Positions 45,097 through 56,950 of a stretch of 64,000 bases of DNA are shown piece after piece. The notes beneath the pieces were generated by a model. The model did not search any database and was not told where the DNA came from. It saw only the letters and a list, made by a program, of their open reading frames with translations. Both the position numbers and the translations under genes were made by a program. Within the stretch, counting starts at the first letter, position 1. Each line of letters begins with the position of its first letter. Source of the DNA: Podarcis erhardii (Eukaryota); assembly GCA_964252035.1 (NCBI GenBank), contig OZ176212.1; one strand, 5' to 3'.

Positions 45097-45894
45097 GTAA
45101 GGGTTCTTTTCTTCTGTTAAGTACATCCTCCAGGTATCTGATGCCTGTATTATTTAGCCTAAGTAGGACTGCCTTCTGATTGGGCGGTATGGGCTATAGT
45201 AATTGAGGCGCGGGGTGGGGGGGGAATAGTAGCCAACATAACGCTTTTGCAGGGTTTTGTTGGGAAGATGATGTTTTCAGCTGGTCTTCATTTATTAATT
45301 TTTTTTGCAAACGAAGGAGGATAAAGTAATTTCTAGCTTTCACAATTCTGGAAGCAAGCTTGAAAATGTTACAGTAATTACGAGCTAATGACGTGGAACC
45401 TAAAAATACCCTGAGAACTGCTTTTAGTTTATCCATGAGGAAATAGTTGTTAAGAATAAGTCATCTTGAGTCCCAATAAACTCTTACTCTTAATTTTTCT
45501 TTCCTTTGAACAGGGCATTTCTATCTGCAAACCTCTTGTAACTCCTGAGATGGATTGAGGGAAGGAACATAACAAAACAGGCTCTGAGGCAAGGAATAGC
45601 CTTCTAGCTTCAAGGAACTACAGAACAGCTCCAAGATCACTTGGTAAAATGGAGAAAGTGAGGTCTGGTGGGAGGGGTAGCACACAGTGATTAAAACATC
45701 AGAAGCAGGTAACTGATATGGTAAGATCACTGTCAATACAGTAGGCTCAGGTCTTGACTGTCTCCCTTTAAAAAATATATTATTAATTTGTTGTTCTCAG
45801 AGGATGTAGCACTCCACACTGGTGTGGTAGGAGAGGATGGAAGTGTGGCAAGAAGATTCAAGGACAATCAAAGAAATATTTAAACATTTCAGTT

Positions 45895-45935
45895 TAGTAT
45901 AGTATAGTATAGTATAGTATAGTATAGTATAGTAT
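45895..45935. repeat. (AGTAT)n pentanucleotide microsatellite
   Basis: About 8 units read directly. Confidence 0.9.
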
Positions 45936-46756
45936 AAGTATCAAAATATTTTGAGGGGGATGTACAACCAGAAACATTATCCATGCCTCTCTTCAAGAGC
46001 ATGGCTATTCTTCTGAACTTCTCCATGGCATACAACAGGGATTTTCAACTCTGGCAAATATGAAAGTGCAGAAAAGGGAAAGGCTTCTTTGTGTTGATGA
46101 GATGAGAGTTCATTTATCTCAGACTAGACCTAAGAGAAATGAAATTACCTGGCAAAAGTGAGCTCACGCTTCTCACTGAGTTTGTATACAAATTTAAGGT
46201 ACATATGTAAGTAAGAGGCTCATTTATAATTGTATTTTGAGAATGATTCATGTTCTTATGTAGCTGCATTTTAAAAAACGTTTTGGGTGCCCCATGAACA
46301 TATTATAAAGTCCTTGTGTTCTATGCTATAAATCAAGCACTGACAGGAGTTGTTTCCTTTTGTTTTCCAATGTATTTCTAAGCAATAAAAAAAATTTGGC
46401 ATGAGCAAATTTTTGTTTTAAAAGTGTGGCCCTGAGAAAAAGTTAAAGAAGCACTGTATTAATTATTATTAATAATCACCATCTCAACAGTTAAGACACT
46501 GCACAGTAACTATTATTAAAAGGAGCACCCCCAAGTTCAAGATGCTAGTTTTAACACTAGAGTCAGGAACAGGAAACTAGAAACCTGTGCTGCTTCCAGC
46601 ACTCTTGAGGGTCTTCTGTACTTTTATCTCCCAAACCACATCCTAAGCACAGCTGCCAGCAGTGAAGGAGTATCAAGGATGAGTGGCCAGGAAGATGGAA
46701 TAATATGGGCAAGAGGTGGTAGCAGGATAAAAAGACGTGGGAATGATGAGTTAGTC

Positions 46757-46892
46757 CAGGCATAGGCAAACTCTGGCCCTCCAGATGTTTGGGACTACAG
46801 TTCCCGTCATCCCTGACCACTGGTCCTGTTAGCTAGGGATGATGGGAATTATAGTCCCAAACATCTGGAGGGCCGGAGTTTGCCTGTGGCTG
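46757..46892. mobile_element. Intact hAT-type palindromic MITE (136 bp) with a perfect 8-bp TSD
   Basis: TSD agttagtc at 46749-46756 and 46893-46900. TIR caggcataggcaaac / gtttgcctgtggctg. Long internal inverted repeat. Confidence 0.88.
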
Positions 46893-47366
46893 AGTTAGTC
46901 CATAAATACAACTCAAGCATATTGTGCTGAGAATGAGACCCTGTGGAAGGGCCATATTTATTCAGAAGTGGGCCAGTTCAGGAGTCTTGTCTTACTGGCC
47001 TGCAGCAACTTTCATAATAGCTGTCATGGAGAGGCTTATCTAGCTCATCATACACTTTCTAGGTTGGAAACCACAATGAGGTGAGAAAATAAATTCACTG
47101 TGGTTGAGAAAGGCTCTTTACATATGCACTGGCCTAAGATGCAGTAGTGCCCACATTCAGGACCCAAGGCCAATGCAGAAAGAACAGAGAGGAGGGAAGA
47201 AGTTGAGGACTTGGTAAAAAATATATCTAAAGACTAACTGGCAGCAAATGATGCAGAATAGATGGAACTATGGTGGTTAAAAGACTTGTGGAAGCAGAAT
47301 GTGAGGATTGATGGTCGTTGGGGATTGATGGTAGATGAATCAATGTGAATTTCTTCTTTCTACTAG

Positions 47367-49024
47367 GAAACAGAAAGATGGATACAGCTGAAAAACCTGC
47401 AAGCAAAAGGGAAGATGTAGTATCAGGAATAAAATCTCAGAGAAGTTTAGCAACCCCAGTAGCAAAGCATCGGCGAGTAGGCAGGGTAATCTGCGATGTT
47501 TGTGGAAAGAGCTTTGTCAAGACCTGTGAACTGTTTGCCCACCAGCGGACCCACACAGGGGAGAAGCCATACGAGTGCTCAGATTGTGGCCGTTGCTTCT
47601 CTGTCCAGTCCGCATTGGCCAGTCACCAGAGTATCCACACAGGAGAGAAGCCTTACAGATGTCAGGAGTGTGGCAAGAACTTCCGGCTGAAGAGCAACTT
47701 GACCCGCCACCAACGAGTTCATGATGGCATAAGACCATTCCGATGTGAATACTGCGGGACCACCTACAGCACCAAAGCTCACCTGGTCTGGCACCTGAAC
47801 ACCCATACGGGTGAGAAGCCATACAAATGTACTGAGTGCTGGAAGCGTTTTGGAGAGATCTCCTTGCTTGTAGAGCATCTTCTTTCACACCAGGTTGATG
47901 GTAGTGGTGGAAAAAATGGAACTGCCTCTGCAGGACGTTTAGGTAGTGGGAACCTTCACCGCTGCGACGATTGCGGCAAGAACTTCTGCCGGAGCACCAC
48001 GTTAGCTGAACACCGTCGCATTCACACTGGTGAGCGTCCTTTTGCCTGTGAGGAGTGTGGCGAGCGGTTCATGCGACGGGCTCTCTACAACGAACATGTC
48101 CGCACTCACTCTGAAGAGGGCCCACCCAACCTGTGTGTAGCCTGTGGTAAATCTTTCACCAAGCGCTATTCCCTTCTCCAGCATCAGAGGTCACACACAG
48201 GAGAAAAGCCCTACCAGTGCCCCGATTGTCCAAAAAGCTTCATTGCCAGCTCTGCCTTGACACAGCACCGGCGGATACACACTGGAGAGACACCCTACCC
48301 ATGTCCAGATTGTGGGCGCAGTTTTAGCCAGAAATCGGTGCTCACAACTCATCGGAGACTTCACACAGGCGAGAGGCCATACAAATGCCAGGAATGTGGG
48401 AAAGGCTTTAGTCAGAGTTCAGCGCTGACTCAGCATCTCCGGACTCATACTGGTGAGTCCCCGTACAGCTGCCAAGAGTGTGGGAAAAGTTTTAGTGGTA
48501 TGTCAGCTCTCAAGCGACACCACCTCACCCATACAGGGGAACGCCCCTTTCGCTGCGATGAATGTGGCAAAGGGTTCAAGCAGAGCTCCACGCTGGTCCA
48601 GCACCAGAGGATTCACACTCACGAGAAGCCTTATGCCTGTCTCCAGTGCAACAAAAACTACAGCCAACGGGCTGCTCTTGCCAAGCACCTGAGGACTCAC
48701 ACCAAGGAAGCCTTGCTTTCTGGCACATGCAGTGAGTCAATGGACATCAGGGTTTACAAAGAGCCTTTTGTCCAACCCCAAGAAGAGGAGAACAATACAG
48801 AGAATGACATGGAGGAAGAAGCTGATGAGGTAGTGGTGCTCCCTCCAGGGACATGGGATGCTGAGGTAAAAGAAGAGTCAGAGCTTCAGTGGGAGAATGA
48901 CATACCATTTGCAGAAACGGGGTCACTCTCATGGGTGAAAAAGGAAGAGTCAGATGAGGCCCAGGTAGAAAGGAGAGAACTATCAACAGTTTCTCTGCAT
49001 ATCAAAGAGGAACCAGATGACTGA
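47367..49024 (+). CDS. C2H2 zinc-finger protein ZNF-C, 14 fingers (5+9) and an acidic C-terminal tail
   Basis: Open frame from acceptor ctactag|47367 (in-frame ATG at 47378, [10 protein letters not shown]) to TGA at 49022-49024. Fourteen CxxC..HxxxH fingers counted. The tail contains VKEE, VKKEE and IKEEPDD. Confidence 0.92.
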
Positions 49025-49732
49025 AAGAATTGTGGGCACGATGTCAGGCTTTGTGGTTTTTTCAAACAAATGTGCCAGGGCTGTCCCAGAAACTCCCACA
49101 TGTGACAAGGGGTTCTGTCTTGGAGGGAGAAAGATAAATCTAAACTTGGAGCACTGTAAGGATAGACCTCTGAAAAGAGTGCTATTGGAACTGAAACCTG
49201 CCTTGAACCATGTTTATCAATCCTCAAATCCTGCAGTCTAATACCAGAATTGTATAGCTTGGTTATGAATACTCAGTGGTGAGGAAAATGAATTGAGTAT
49301 ATCCTGAACAGCATTCTTCATTACCTGGGTTCATGCAGTGTCCGCTTGGCAGGGAGCAGATTCAGAAGAGGTTCCAGAGCAGAGCCTTGACTCAAAGAAA
49401 TTATTGGCTGATCATATTCTGTGGGTCAGCTTGGGGAGTTTGTGGTCTTGAAAACCCACTTTAAAAAGGAAAAAAGTGTTTGGGTGCTCCAAAGTTGCAC
49501 ATGCAATTTGGAAGGTATAAAACTAGAATTGCAGGCAGCACTTGTAGTGGCCATGTAACCAATTAATATGAGGGGTAGATGGCATGGAGGGGAATGAGTA
49601 TTCCCAGGAGGTGATTATGCTAAAATGTCTCTCTGCATTCACAATGTATTAAAGGCATGATGACAACAGTGGTGCTGCAGTCAATATTTTCCAGTAGCAA
49701 TGTTAATACACTATGCCTCAATCTTTGCCCTA

Positions 49733-49860
49733 GGGCAGGATTAGGAACCTGCTGTGTCTCTAATGTTGTTGGACTACTCTCCCAGATCATTGGCTGTGCT
49801 GCCTGGGGCTGATGAGAGTTGATCCAACAACATTTGGAAGGTCACAGGTTCTCTATCCCT
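49733..49860. mobile_element. hAT-type MITE, degenerate, in the ZNF-C 3' region
   Basis: caggattaggaacctg...gttgttggactactctccc...gggctgatgagagttgatccaacaacatttggaagg...caggttctctatccct. Confidence 0.5.
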
Positions 49861-50011
49861 ACCATTGGGCCAGGTTATGAACACCCCATCCATGCATTGT
49901 GCTAGTTCATAGAGGAATAGTGCCATGTCACCTTGGAAATGGCTTGGACAGTGTTCACATTGTCTGTTTTCTGACAGGACCCTTATCGATTATAACAAAT
50001 AAATGCTGAAG

Positions 50012-50094
50012 AACTCTGGGCAATCCTACGGCAGAAAAGCTCAACAACTCTGGGCAATCCTCCACAGAAAAAGCTCAACAATTCTGGGCAATCT
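50012..50094. repeat. 34-bp tandem repeat, about 2.4 copies
   Basis: aactctgggcaatcctacggcagaaaagctcaac / aactctgggcaatcctccacagaaaaagctcaac / aattctgggcaatct. Confidence 0.85.
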
Positions 50095-50723
50095 ACCCAC
50101 CTCACGCACGCGCCTCCTCCCTCCAATGACAATGGGTAGATCACTGCCAGGTTTTTTTATACTGTGAGTAGATCGCAGTTGGACATGCCTGACATAAGCT
50201 ATCAGTTGTAGTCCCACAGCAGAAAGTTGGCTTTTGCTTTGTTTTTTGTTGTCACAGGGAAAAGATACAGCAAGCATTTCTTCATAGTGGTGTTAAAACC
50301 CTTGAAACATTGTTTGCACTCTTTTTACAAAACAGGAATTCTTTACCACTCATTTTGCTCTTTCTTGGGCTCAAGTTATGGCTCATCCTCCACACATTTC
50401 TAACGGATGATGAAAGTGAGGTGGGTATCTTACAGAGTTTTCTGGAGGCTAGAAGGAGTTGCGGCTCTGAATTTAAGCAACATATATTATCTTCTGCTGA
50501 ACTGGTCTGTCCTTGTCATACAGGAGGCAGCTCTTTAAAAGAAAATATATGTAGCATTATTTTATTAAAACCACCCTCAGGCCATGATTTCATTTACAAC
50601 TTCACTGGCTTCTCTGACAGAAAGGTATCACTTATGCTTGAATTAATTTTTAAAAACCAAATAAAAAACTCAAGAGAACTTAACTTAGTCCTTTTAAAAA
50701 TGCATTTATGGAAGAGTGTTTCC

Positions 50724-50919
50724 TTTTCTTTTTTTTTAATAATTTTTTAATAATTTTCCAGTTTTACAACACAATGACATACAAACATAAACAAACAAAA
50801 ACATACAAACAAGTATAATTTCATATCCTCATTTTCATAAACCTTCTTTCACCGACTTCCCCATACCTTACCCTCACTGCATCCTTATTTTACAGTTTTT
50901 TAGCAACCCTTTACTCCAA
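50724..50919 (-). mobile_element. 5'-truncated L1-like retrotransposon insertion with a perfect 18-bp TSD
   Basis: TSD ttatggaagagtgtttcc at 50706-50723 and 50920-50937. T-rich left end corresponds to an A-rich tail on the minus strand. GT-rich 3'UTR-like body. The family assignment is inference. Confidence 0.75.
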
Positions 50920-52479
50920 TTATGGAAGAGTGTTTCCAATAGCAAGAGCCAATTTCATGGGGGGGGGGGAATAGGGATAACGAACAATGAACCTAGATAA
51001 CCTTAGTTCAACTCTTCACTCAATTGTAGACTCACTAGAGGCACAGTTTTTACAATCTTTCCATTTCAATTCCTCAGTCTGCAAGATGGGATCACTGATT
51101 GCCTACCCTACAGGGTTGTTGTGAGGACAACACTAACATTTGCAAAGAAAATTATGAACAGCGAGTTACTTTTCCTTTTTTTTTAACATCTGAAAGCTAG
51201 AACTGTATTTGCATAACAGTGCAATAGCTCAAGACCACAATTTAGTGATGTTTACATAAGCAGTTACTTCACTTTAACAACAAATGAACAACTTTCCAAA
51301 GTATCTAGTAGATACAATGCAAAGGAAAGTGGATGGGAAAAAAGGAACTGTGAATCAGAATTAACAGATTCAATTCTCAAGGCTAGGAACTATTCTTTAA
51401 GCATTGTCTTCTTACACACACACACACACCTCTTATCTACAGTCCTCATCAGCACCTGCCTAGGAAATGTAGCAATACGATATGCTATTAAATGGTCCTG
51501 TTTTGAAGGAAAATAACATCTTCCAGTTTCCCAAGTTACTTTCACCTTCCTTGGGGGAAATCTCATGAAAAGGCATCCCCCTGCCTACTTACATCTGACT
51601 GATTATGTATTTCGTGTTTCTATCCAATTTTTCAGATAATTAATGAGTTGCAGTCAAAGCTAGTCTGTTAATAGACCCATTGCACTAAGGGACATTATGA
51701 TTAGGTTCATTCATTTCGATGGGTCTACTCTGAATAGAACTTAGTTGGATAAAACCCATTGTCTCTCATAGTGACTTGCATCAGTTAAGAGTAAGAGAGG
51801 TGTCCTGCCATCAGGCTTGCAATCTAAAAAGACAAAGGACACACAAAGAAGGGAGCAGGAGGGAAAGGAGTTTTTCAAAGACAAAACAAAGTGGTGAGCT
51901 AAAAGCAAGTCCTTTTGTCAAGCTTAGGTCAGGCTAGTCTTCTCTGCCGTTCTACCTGGAATGGCTCTTGTTCCTTTGGTCCTATTAAGAACACAATGGG
52001 ACAAATGTGGGGACAATTTGCAGATCAGAAAGGAGGTGGTGTACTTATTTGGATAATGGTCCTGAGGTTCCAAGTTACTGTTTTAGAGTATTTATTCGTC
52101 CTGAAAATGACAGCTCCACATATAGTTCAGGGGAAGTTTGTTTTCATACCCTCTGTCCTTCAACACAAAGAAGAACTGGTGTACAGACACTTCAAAATTT
52201 GTCGGTGGGGTCCAATTTTGTAAAAAAAACACCAAAAAAACACACCATAAAATTCCCGCCAGGAGTAAGAACACAAGCCTAACCACGTCAACTCTGAAGT
52301 AAATTGTATTGAATTCAATGGGGTTTACTCCCAGCTAATTTGAGATTAGGATTGCAGCCTACGTCAGTAAATTAAAAATACATATTGCCTTTGGAAATGC
52401 AGGTTTTGTTATCTCTAAGCTTCAGTTTTGAAAATACTGGCATTTCGGTCTGACAAGCCGCTACAACAGAATAGGATGA

Positions 52480-52830
52480 CATTTACCGCCCTGCGGGAGC
52501 CTTTAACACTTCCCAATTTTTTGACTGGTCAATCTTGATACCAACCTTCCTTTTCCCTGGCAAATCGAGAACGCTATCTTGCGTCAGACTTCTTCCGGCA
52601 GAAGAGCTTGACCGAGCATAGAGCGCCCGATATACGCCTCTTGCTTCACGTTGACTGGCTATTCCTCTTAAAGAACGTGAGACGCACCAATGAGAATCTC
52701 CCATTTGTTCTCCCTAGCGAACCTACTCTCATCTTCCGCCTCTTCCTTGAGGATTCTCCGCCCATTAGAGGCGCCGACCGGTCACCTGGTGGTCAGATGC
52801 AGGAAATGGGCAACTTGAATCCCTCTTGCG
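52480..52830 (+). promoter_or_regulatory. Probable BORCS6 promoter
   Basis: Local CpG enrichment, a CCAAT box (gcaccaatgag) and a GC box (ccgccc) immediately upstream of the CDS. Confidence 0.55.
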
Positions 52831-52934
52831 CGTTGTCTCTGGTGTCTTTTTTTGTCTCCTCCGAAGCTTCTCCTTCAGCGTCTGCATCTTGATTTATACT
52901 TGTCGCATCCTAGATCTTCTTGCTATATTGCATA

Positions 52935-53645
52935 ATGGAGGGACAGCATATAATGGCTCAGGTGCATATACAGACCCCAACGTCCTCCTCCTCGTCGTCG
53001 TCGTCTGTGGCTGGGGAAGAATCCAGGAGGCTGAGGGTGGCAGCCCGCGAAAGGATGGCTGGAGGCCGTTTGTTGGACAGTCATAGCCTGGATGGGATAA
53101 GCCAAGTGTATGGAGCATCCAAGGCTCAGGAAGGTAGGAGGGCTACCATATCCAGCGCTTTGGAGCTAGAAGGGACAGTGAGCCATGATGGGGACCTGAC
53201 ACACTTTGTGGCCAACAACCTGCAGATGAAGATCAAGATGAGCTCCCGGGGCAGTCTGGATGACACAGAACCCACCTCCTCATCATCAGTGTCGTCGCAG
53301 TTGTCTGTTAGGGGCAAAACTGCAGATATACCTCCCATTGACCCACAGGTGATTAGGGATCTGGAAAGGCTCACTAGGGATGTGGCACAGAAGGTGGACC
53401 AGATGCTAAGAGCCTTGAACAGCGCTATCCAGAACATGACAGCCCTCAGCGTTGGGTACATCCAGACTTACCGGGATGCTGTAGACAGCTTGGGTGAATC
53501 TGTGGACATGAGCATCAAAGGGATGTACACTCTGATGGCAAGGTGCGAGGAGTTGGACCGCTCCATGCAACCTGTCCATACCCTCGCTAAACAAATCCGG
53601 GAGATTAAGAGGACTTTGGAAATCTTTGAGGCACTTTGCAAGTAG
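52935..53645 (+). CDS. BORCS6: BLOC-1-related complex subunit 6 (lyspersin), 236 aa, single coding exon
   Basis: RRATISSALELEGTVSHDGDLTHFVANNLQMKIKMS and LTALSVGYIQTYRDAVDSLGESVDMSIKGMYTLMARCEELDRSMQPV...LEIFEALCK match the recalled human BORCS6 C-terminal domain. ataATGG start. AATAAA at 53766-53771. Confidence 0.95.
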   Translation: MEGQHIMAQVHIQTPTSSSSSSSSVAGEESRRLRVAARERMAGGRLLDSHSLDGISQVYGASKAQEGRRATISSALELEGTVSHDGDLTHFVANNLQMKIKMSSRGSLDDTEPTSSSSVSSQLSVRGKTADIPPIDPQVIRDLERLTRDVAQKVDQMLRALNSAIQNMTALSVGYIQTYRDAVDSLGESVDMSIKGMYTLMARCEELDRSMQPVHTLAKQIREIKRTLEIFEALCK

Positions 53646-55385
53646 TGCCTCTTTCAAAAAAACTAATTAACTTGTTCACTGGTGGGGCATGGAGCGGGCT
53701 GATACCTGATCTACTGTGATTCATACTCAAAAAGGGAAAACTATGTGGATGTGTTCTTGCACTATAATAAATGAAGTATGGCAGTGTTTCTCAAACTTTA
53801 TAAAATATTGTCCCTAGATAATGTTACTAGATCAAACTCTAGAAACCTCATTAGGGCCTGCCTATGCTTCTTTAAACAATCATTGAGCCCCTCTTTCCTC
53901 ACCCACCGAGATTCCAACATCCACCTGTGCTGATTCAAGCCCATATAAGACCCTAACACCTCCTCTCCTAGTGCTGCTTTCTTTTCAGCCTAAGGTATTT
54001 AATGGGACCTGCAACCCTGATTCTCTCATCAGTCCCAGAGGAGTGATGACCCACACACTGGAAAAACAGACTGAACTATGTGTGGGCCAGCTACTAGTGG
54101 GTACACAGCTTTTTTGCAGCTAAAAAACAGGAAATTATGTTCATGTGTCATTCAAGCTGACTTCATTGATGCTGGGTTTCAAAAACTTCTGTTTCAAAAA
54201 GCTCAAGTTGTTGGACCTGAATTTCCACAAAATGTGTTTTATAGTATTTGTGTCTCATCTATACAGGGCAATAGTAGAGGGTCTTGACTTGCTAATGCAT
54301 CTTGGATTGAGGGCATGGTTGTGATTTTAAGGAAGCTGTGAACCCCATATTTGTTACCATTGTTTCTTATTATATTCTTAAATGTTCATCTATGTAAGCT
54401 TCCCAGATAATGATCAACAAACCTGAAAGAATGTTCCATGTTGTCTCAAATGCAGGTTCTCGCATTTAATAAGCCAGGGGTGGGAAATCTTTTTTCTATC
54501 CAGGGCCAATGACCCACAGGGGAAAAAATTCAGGGGACATACACAATCATTAATTGTGCAATGAATATAATAAATGAATAAGTATATTGAAACACTCAAA
54601 AAGTTAGTGTTTGGGTGTTGCCATCTCCTGAAACTCCTGGCTACGTAGGTTGGGATCTACTTACTAACATGAATAATACTATAACTGAAAATACTATAAA
54701 TGCTTTCTTTTTGCAGGGATTCTTCCAGTGGAACAAGAAAGGTAGGTGGGACAAGGCTTTTAAACTACCTTTGCAAGATACTAGCAGCATAACTAGCCGT
54801 TCTTCATGCCACCTTTCTCTTTGTAAAGGAGAGAGGGTGTTGTGCACTGCTGTTAGATTATGCTTGGAGCACCGGCTGTTAACAGTGCCCAAGTGTCTAC
54901 TTTCCTTGCTGACCCATCGGGGAGATGGTGGTGGGTAGCAGTAAAGAGCCTACTGGTAAAGCCCAGGGACTGGATGAAATTAAAAGGTGGCATCTGCACT
55001 TGACAAACCATAGATAAGCAGTTATACTAGCAGAAGAAAGATGGAAACACAGTGCCACATAAGACTTCTGACTAGTTTCAAAATTTTTGAACAAGAGACT
55101 CCAAAGACAAAAAATAAATAAATAAGTGATCATTAGCATCAACGCCATCAGTCAAAACAGGACATCCTGCCCATCAACAGTGATAGAGTGGTTTAGTTAA
55201 TTCTGCCTCGTGGGCTATTTCAGTCTGGGCAGTGTCAAGGAAGACGTTGTATCTCACCTCAAAATCTTTGGGAGGCCCCCTGTCACACATCCATAACTTA
55301 GCAACTACATAGTTTTCCTTGCTGACAAGCTATATTTGCACATGGACAAAACTGTCCCCACTGAGACTGATTTTAAACATACATA

Positions 55386-55643
55386 CAGTGGTACCTCAGG
55401 TTACAGATGCTTCAGGTTACAGACGCTTCAGGTTACAGACGCTTCAGGTTACAGACTCCACTAACCCAGAAATAGTACCTTGTGTTAAGAACTTTGCTTC
55501 AGGATGAGAATAGAAATCGGGCGGCGGTGGCACAGCAGCAGCAGGGGGCCCCATTAGCTAAAGTGGTACCTCAGGTTAAGAACAGTTTCAGGTTAAGAAT
55601 GGACCTCCAGAACAAATTAAGTTCTTAACCCGAAGTACCACTG
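55386..55643 (+). mobile_element. Intact Tc1/mariner-type MITE with TA TSD
   Basis: TA|cagtggtacctcaggtta ... taacccgaagtaccactg|TA. A subterminal 16-bp repeat ttcaggttacagacgc is present about 4 times. Confidence 0.85.
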
Positions 55644-56302
55644 TACTTGGTAAAGATCTGGTTTAGACAGTGATTAGGCGATGCAAGTTTGCTCAGGAAC
55701 AAATATTGTTGCCTAGCTACCAGTGAGCTGAATAATTTATTTGGTGATCTAGTTTTGTCTTTGTAAACACTTTTAATTAAACCCAATTTCTGAACCCTCA
55801 TAAAGTATACTATCAAAAAATCAGTATTCTAATGATACAGAGAAAGAAGAAATGTTTCACCAAGTGAGAGTCTAGCAGAATACAAGAAACTGGTGCTGTC
55901 CATTGCTGGATATGACAAGGGAGCACCAACTGCTCTCATCTCTATCATCTGGCTGCTTGAAGGCTAATATCTGCTTACCTTCTACAACCCTGCACTATAA
56001 TCAGGAAGGGCTTCTTCTCTGGGCAATGCAGTGTTTTATTTGTTTATTTGACTAATTTGTAAATTATCCTTCATCAGTTAAGATATCAGCAATTCCCAAA
56101 CTACATTCAATAAAATCATTTTTAAACATTAATTCCTACTTTAAAATAATATTCAAACCATCACACCACTATAGCAGAAAGCAGCATCCTTGCCTCTGAC
56201 CTAAATCCCACCATTATTTCCCAAAGGCCTGAGTGAAAACAGATCTCTGTCTCAAGATGGCATTGGAAACTTAGGAATGAAAGTGACGACACAATCTCTA
56301 AG

Positions 56303-56432
56303 GCAGGGATAAGAATCTGTGACTCTCCAGATGTTGCTGGACTCCACTCATGCCATCCCCAACTATCTACCAAGCTAGCTGGGGCTGATGGGCGTTAGAG
56401 TCTAATGACATCTGGAGGGCCACAAGCTCATT
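56303..56432. mobile_element. hAT-type MITE, degenerate
   Basis: cagggataagaatctgtgactctccagatgttgctggactcc...gctgatgggcgttagagtc...gacatctggagggccacaagctcattgtccct. Confidence 0.55.
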
Positions 56433-56699
56433 GTCCCTACCCTCAGGGAGGGCATTTTGCAGGGTGCCACCACTGGGAAGGCCCTGTCACCAGATGACGG
56501 TTGGCTTACCTGTCAATGGGAGAGACCGCAAGCAGCATCTCCCCAGCAGATCTCAAAGCCCAGACCAGTGGATATAGGAAGAGGTGCTCTTACACCTCTT
56601 TGGGACCTAAGTCACTCAGGGCTTTATATGTTTGCATTCAAACCTTGAATCTGACCTAGTAAGCATGTTGGTAGTGCATTCTGTGTAAAATCAGTTTTA

Positions 56700-56950
56700 T
56701 ATGATTCCAGCCGGATACACTGATCACAAATCTGTTGGCTGTGTTCTGCACCAGCTGCAACTTCTAAACTGACTCAAAAGCACAGTCCCATGTGGATTAC
56801 AGTAATCTGTTTGCAAGTGTACTAGAATTTGGAGTGCTGCGGCAAGGCTATCACAGTACAGTAGCTGGAAACAAGCCTTGCTGACCACTGAAGTCACTTG
56901 GGCCTCCAGTGACACTATTGGATTCAGGAGGACTCCCAAACAAGCTATGG
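56700..56950 (-). mobile_element. L2-like LINE ORF2 remnant
   Basis: Translates as GVLLNPIVSLEAQVTSVVSKACFQL...DYCN, matching the L2 ORF2 GVLLD..LSLEAQV...DYCN pattern. Confidence 0.65.

Noticed and set aside
50012-50094. CRISPR-like 34-bp repeats
   Set aside because: The units are directly adjacent with no unique spacers, the context is eukaryotic and there are no cas genes.
51915-52286. Short ORFs upstream of BORCS6
   Set aside because: No recognisable homology, no consistent splice structure, and mostly non-ATG starts.
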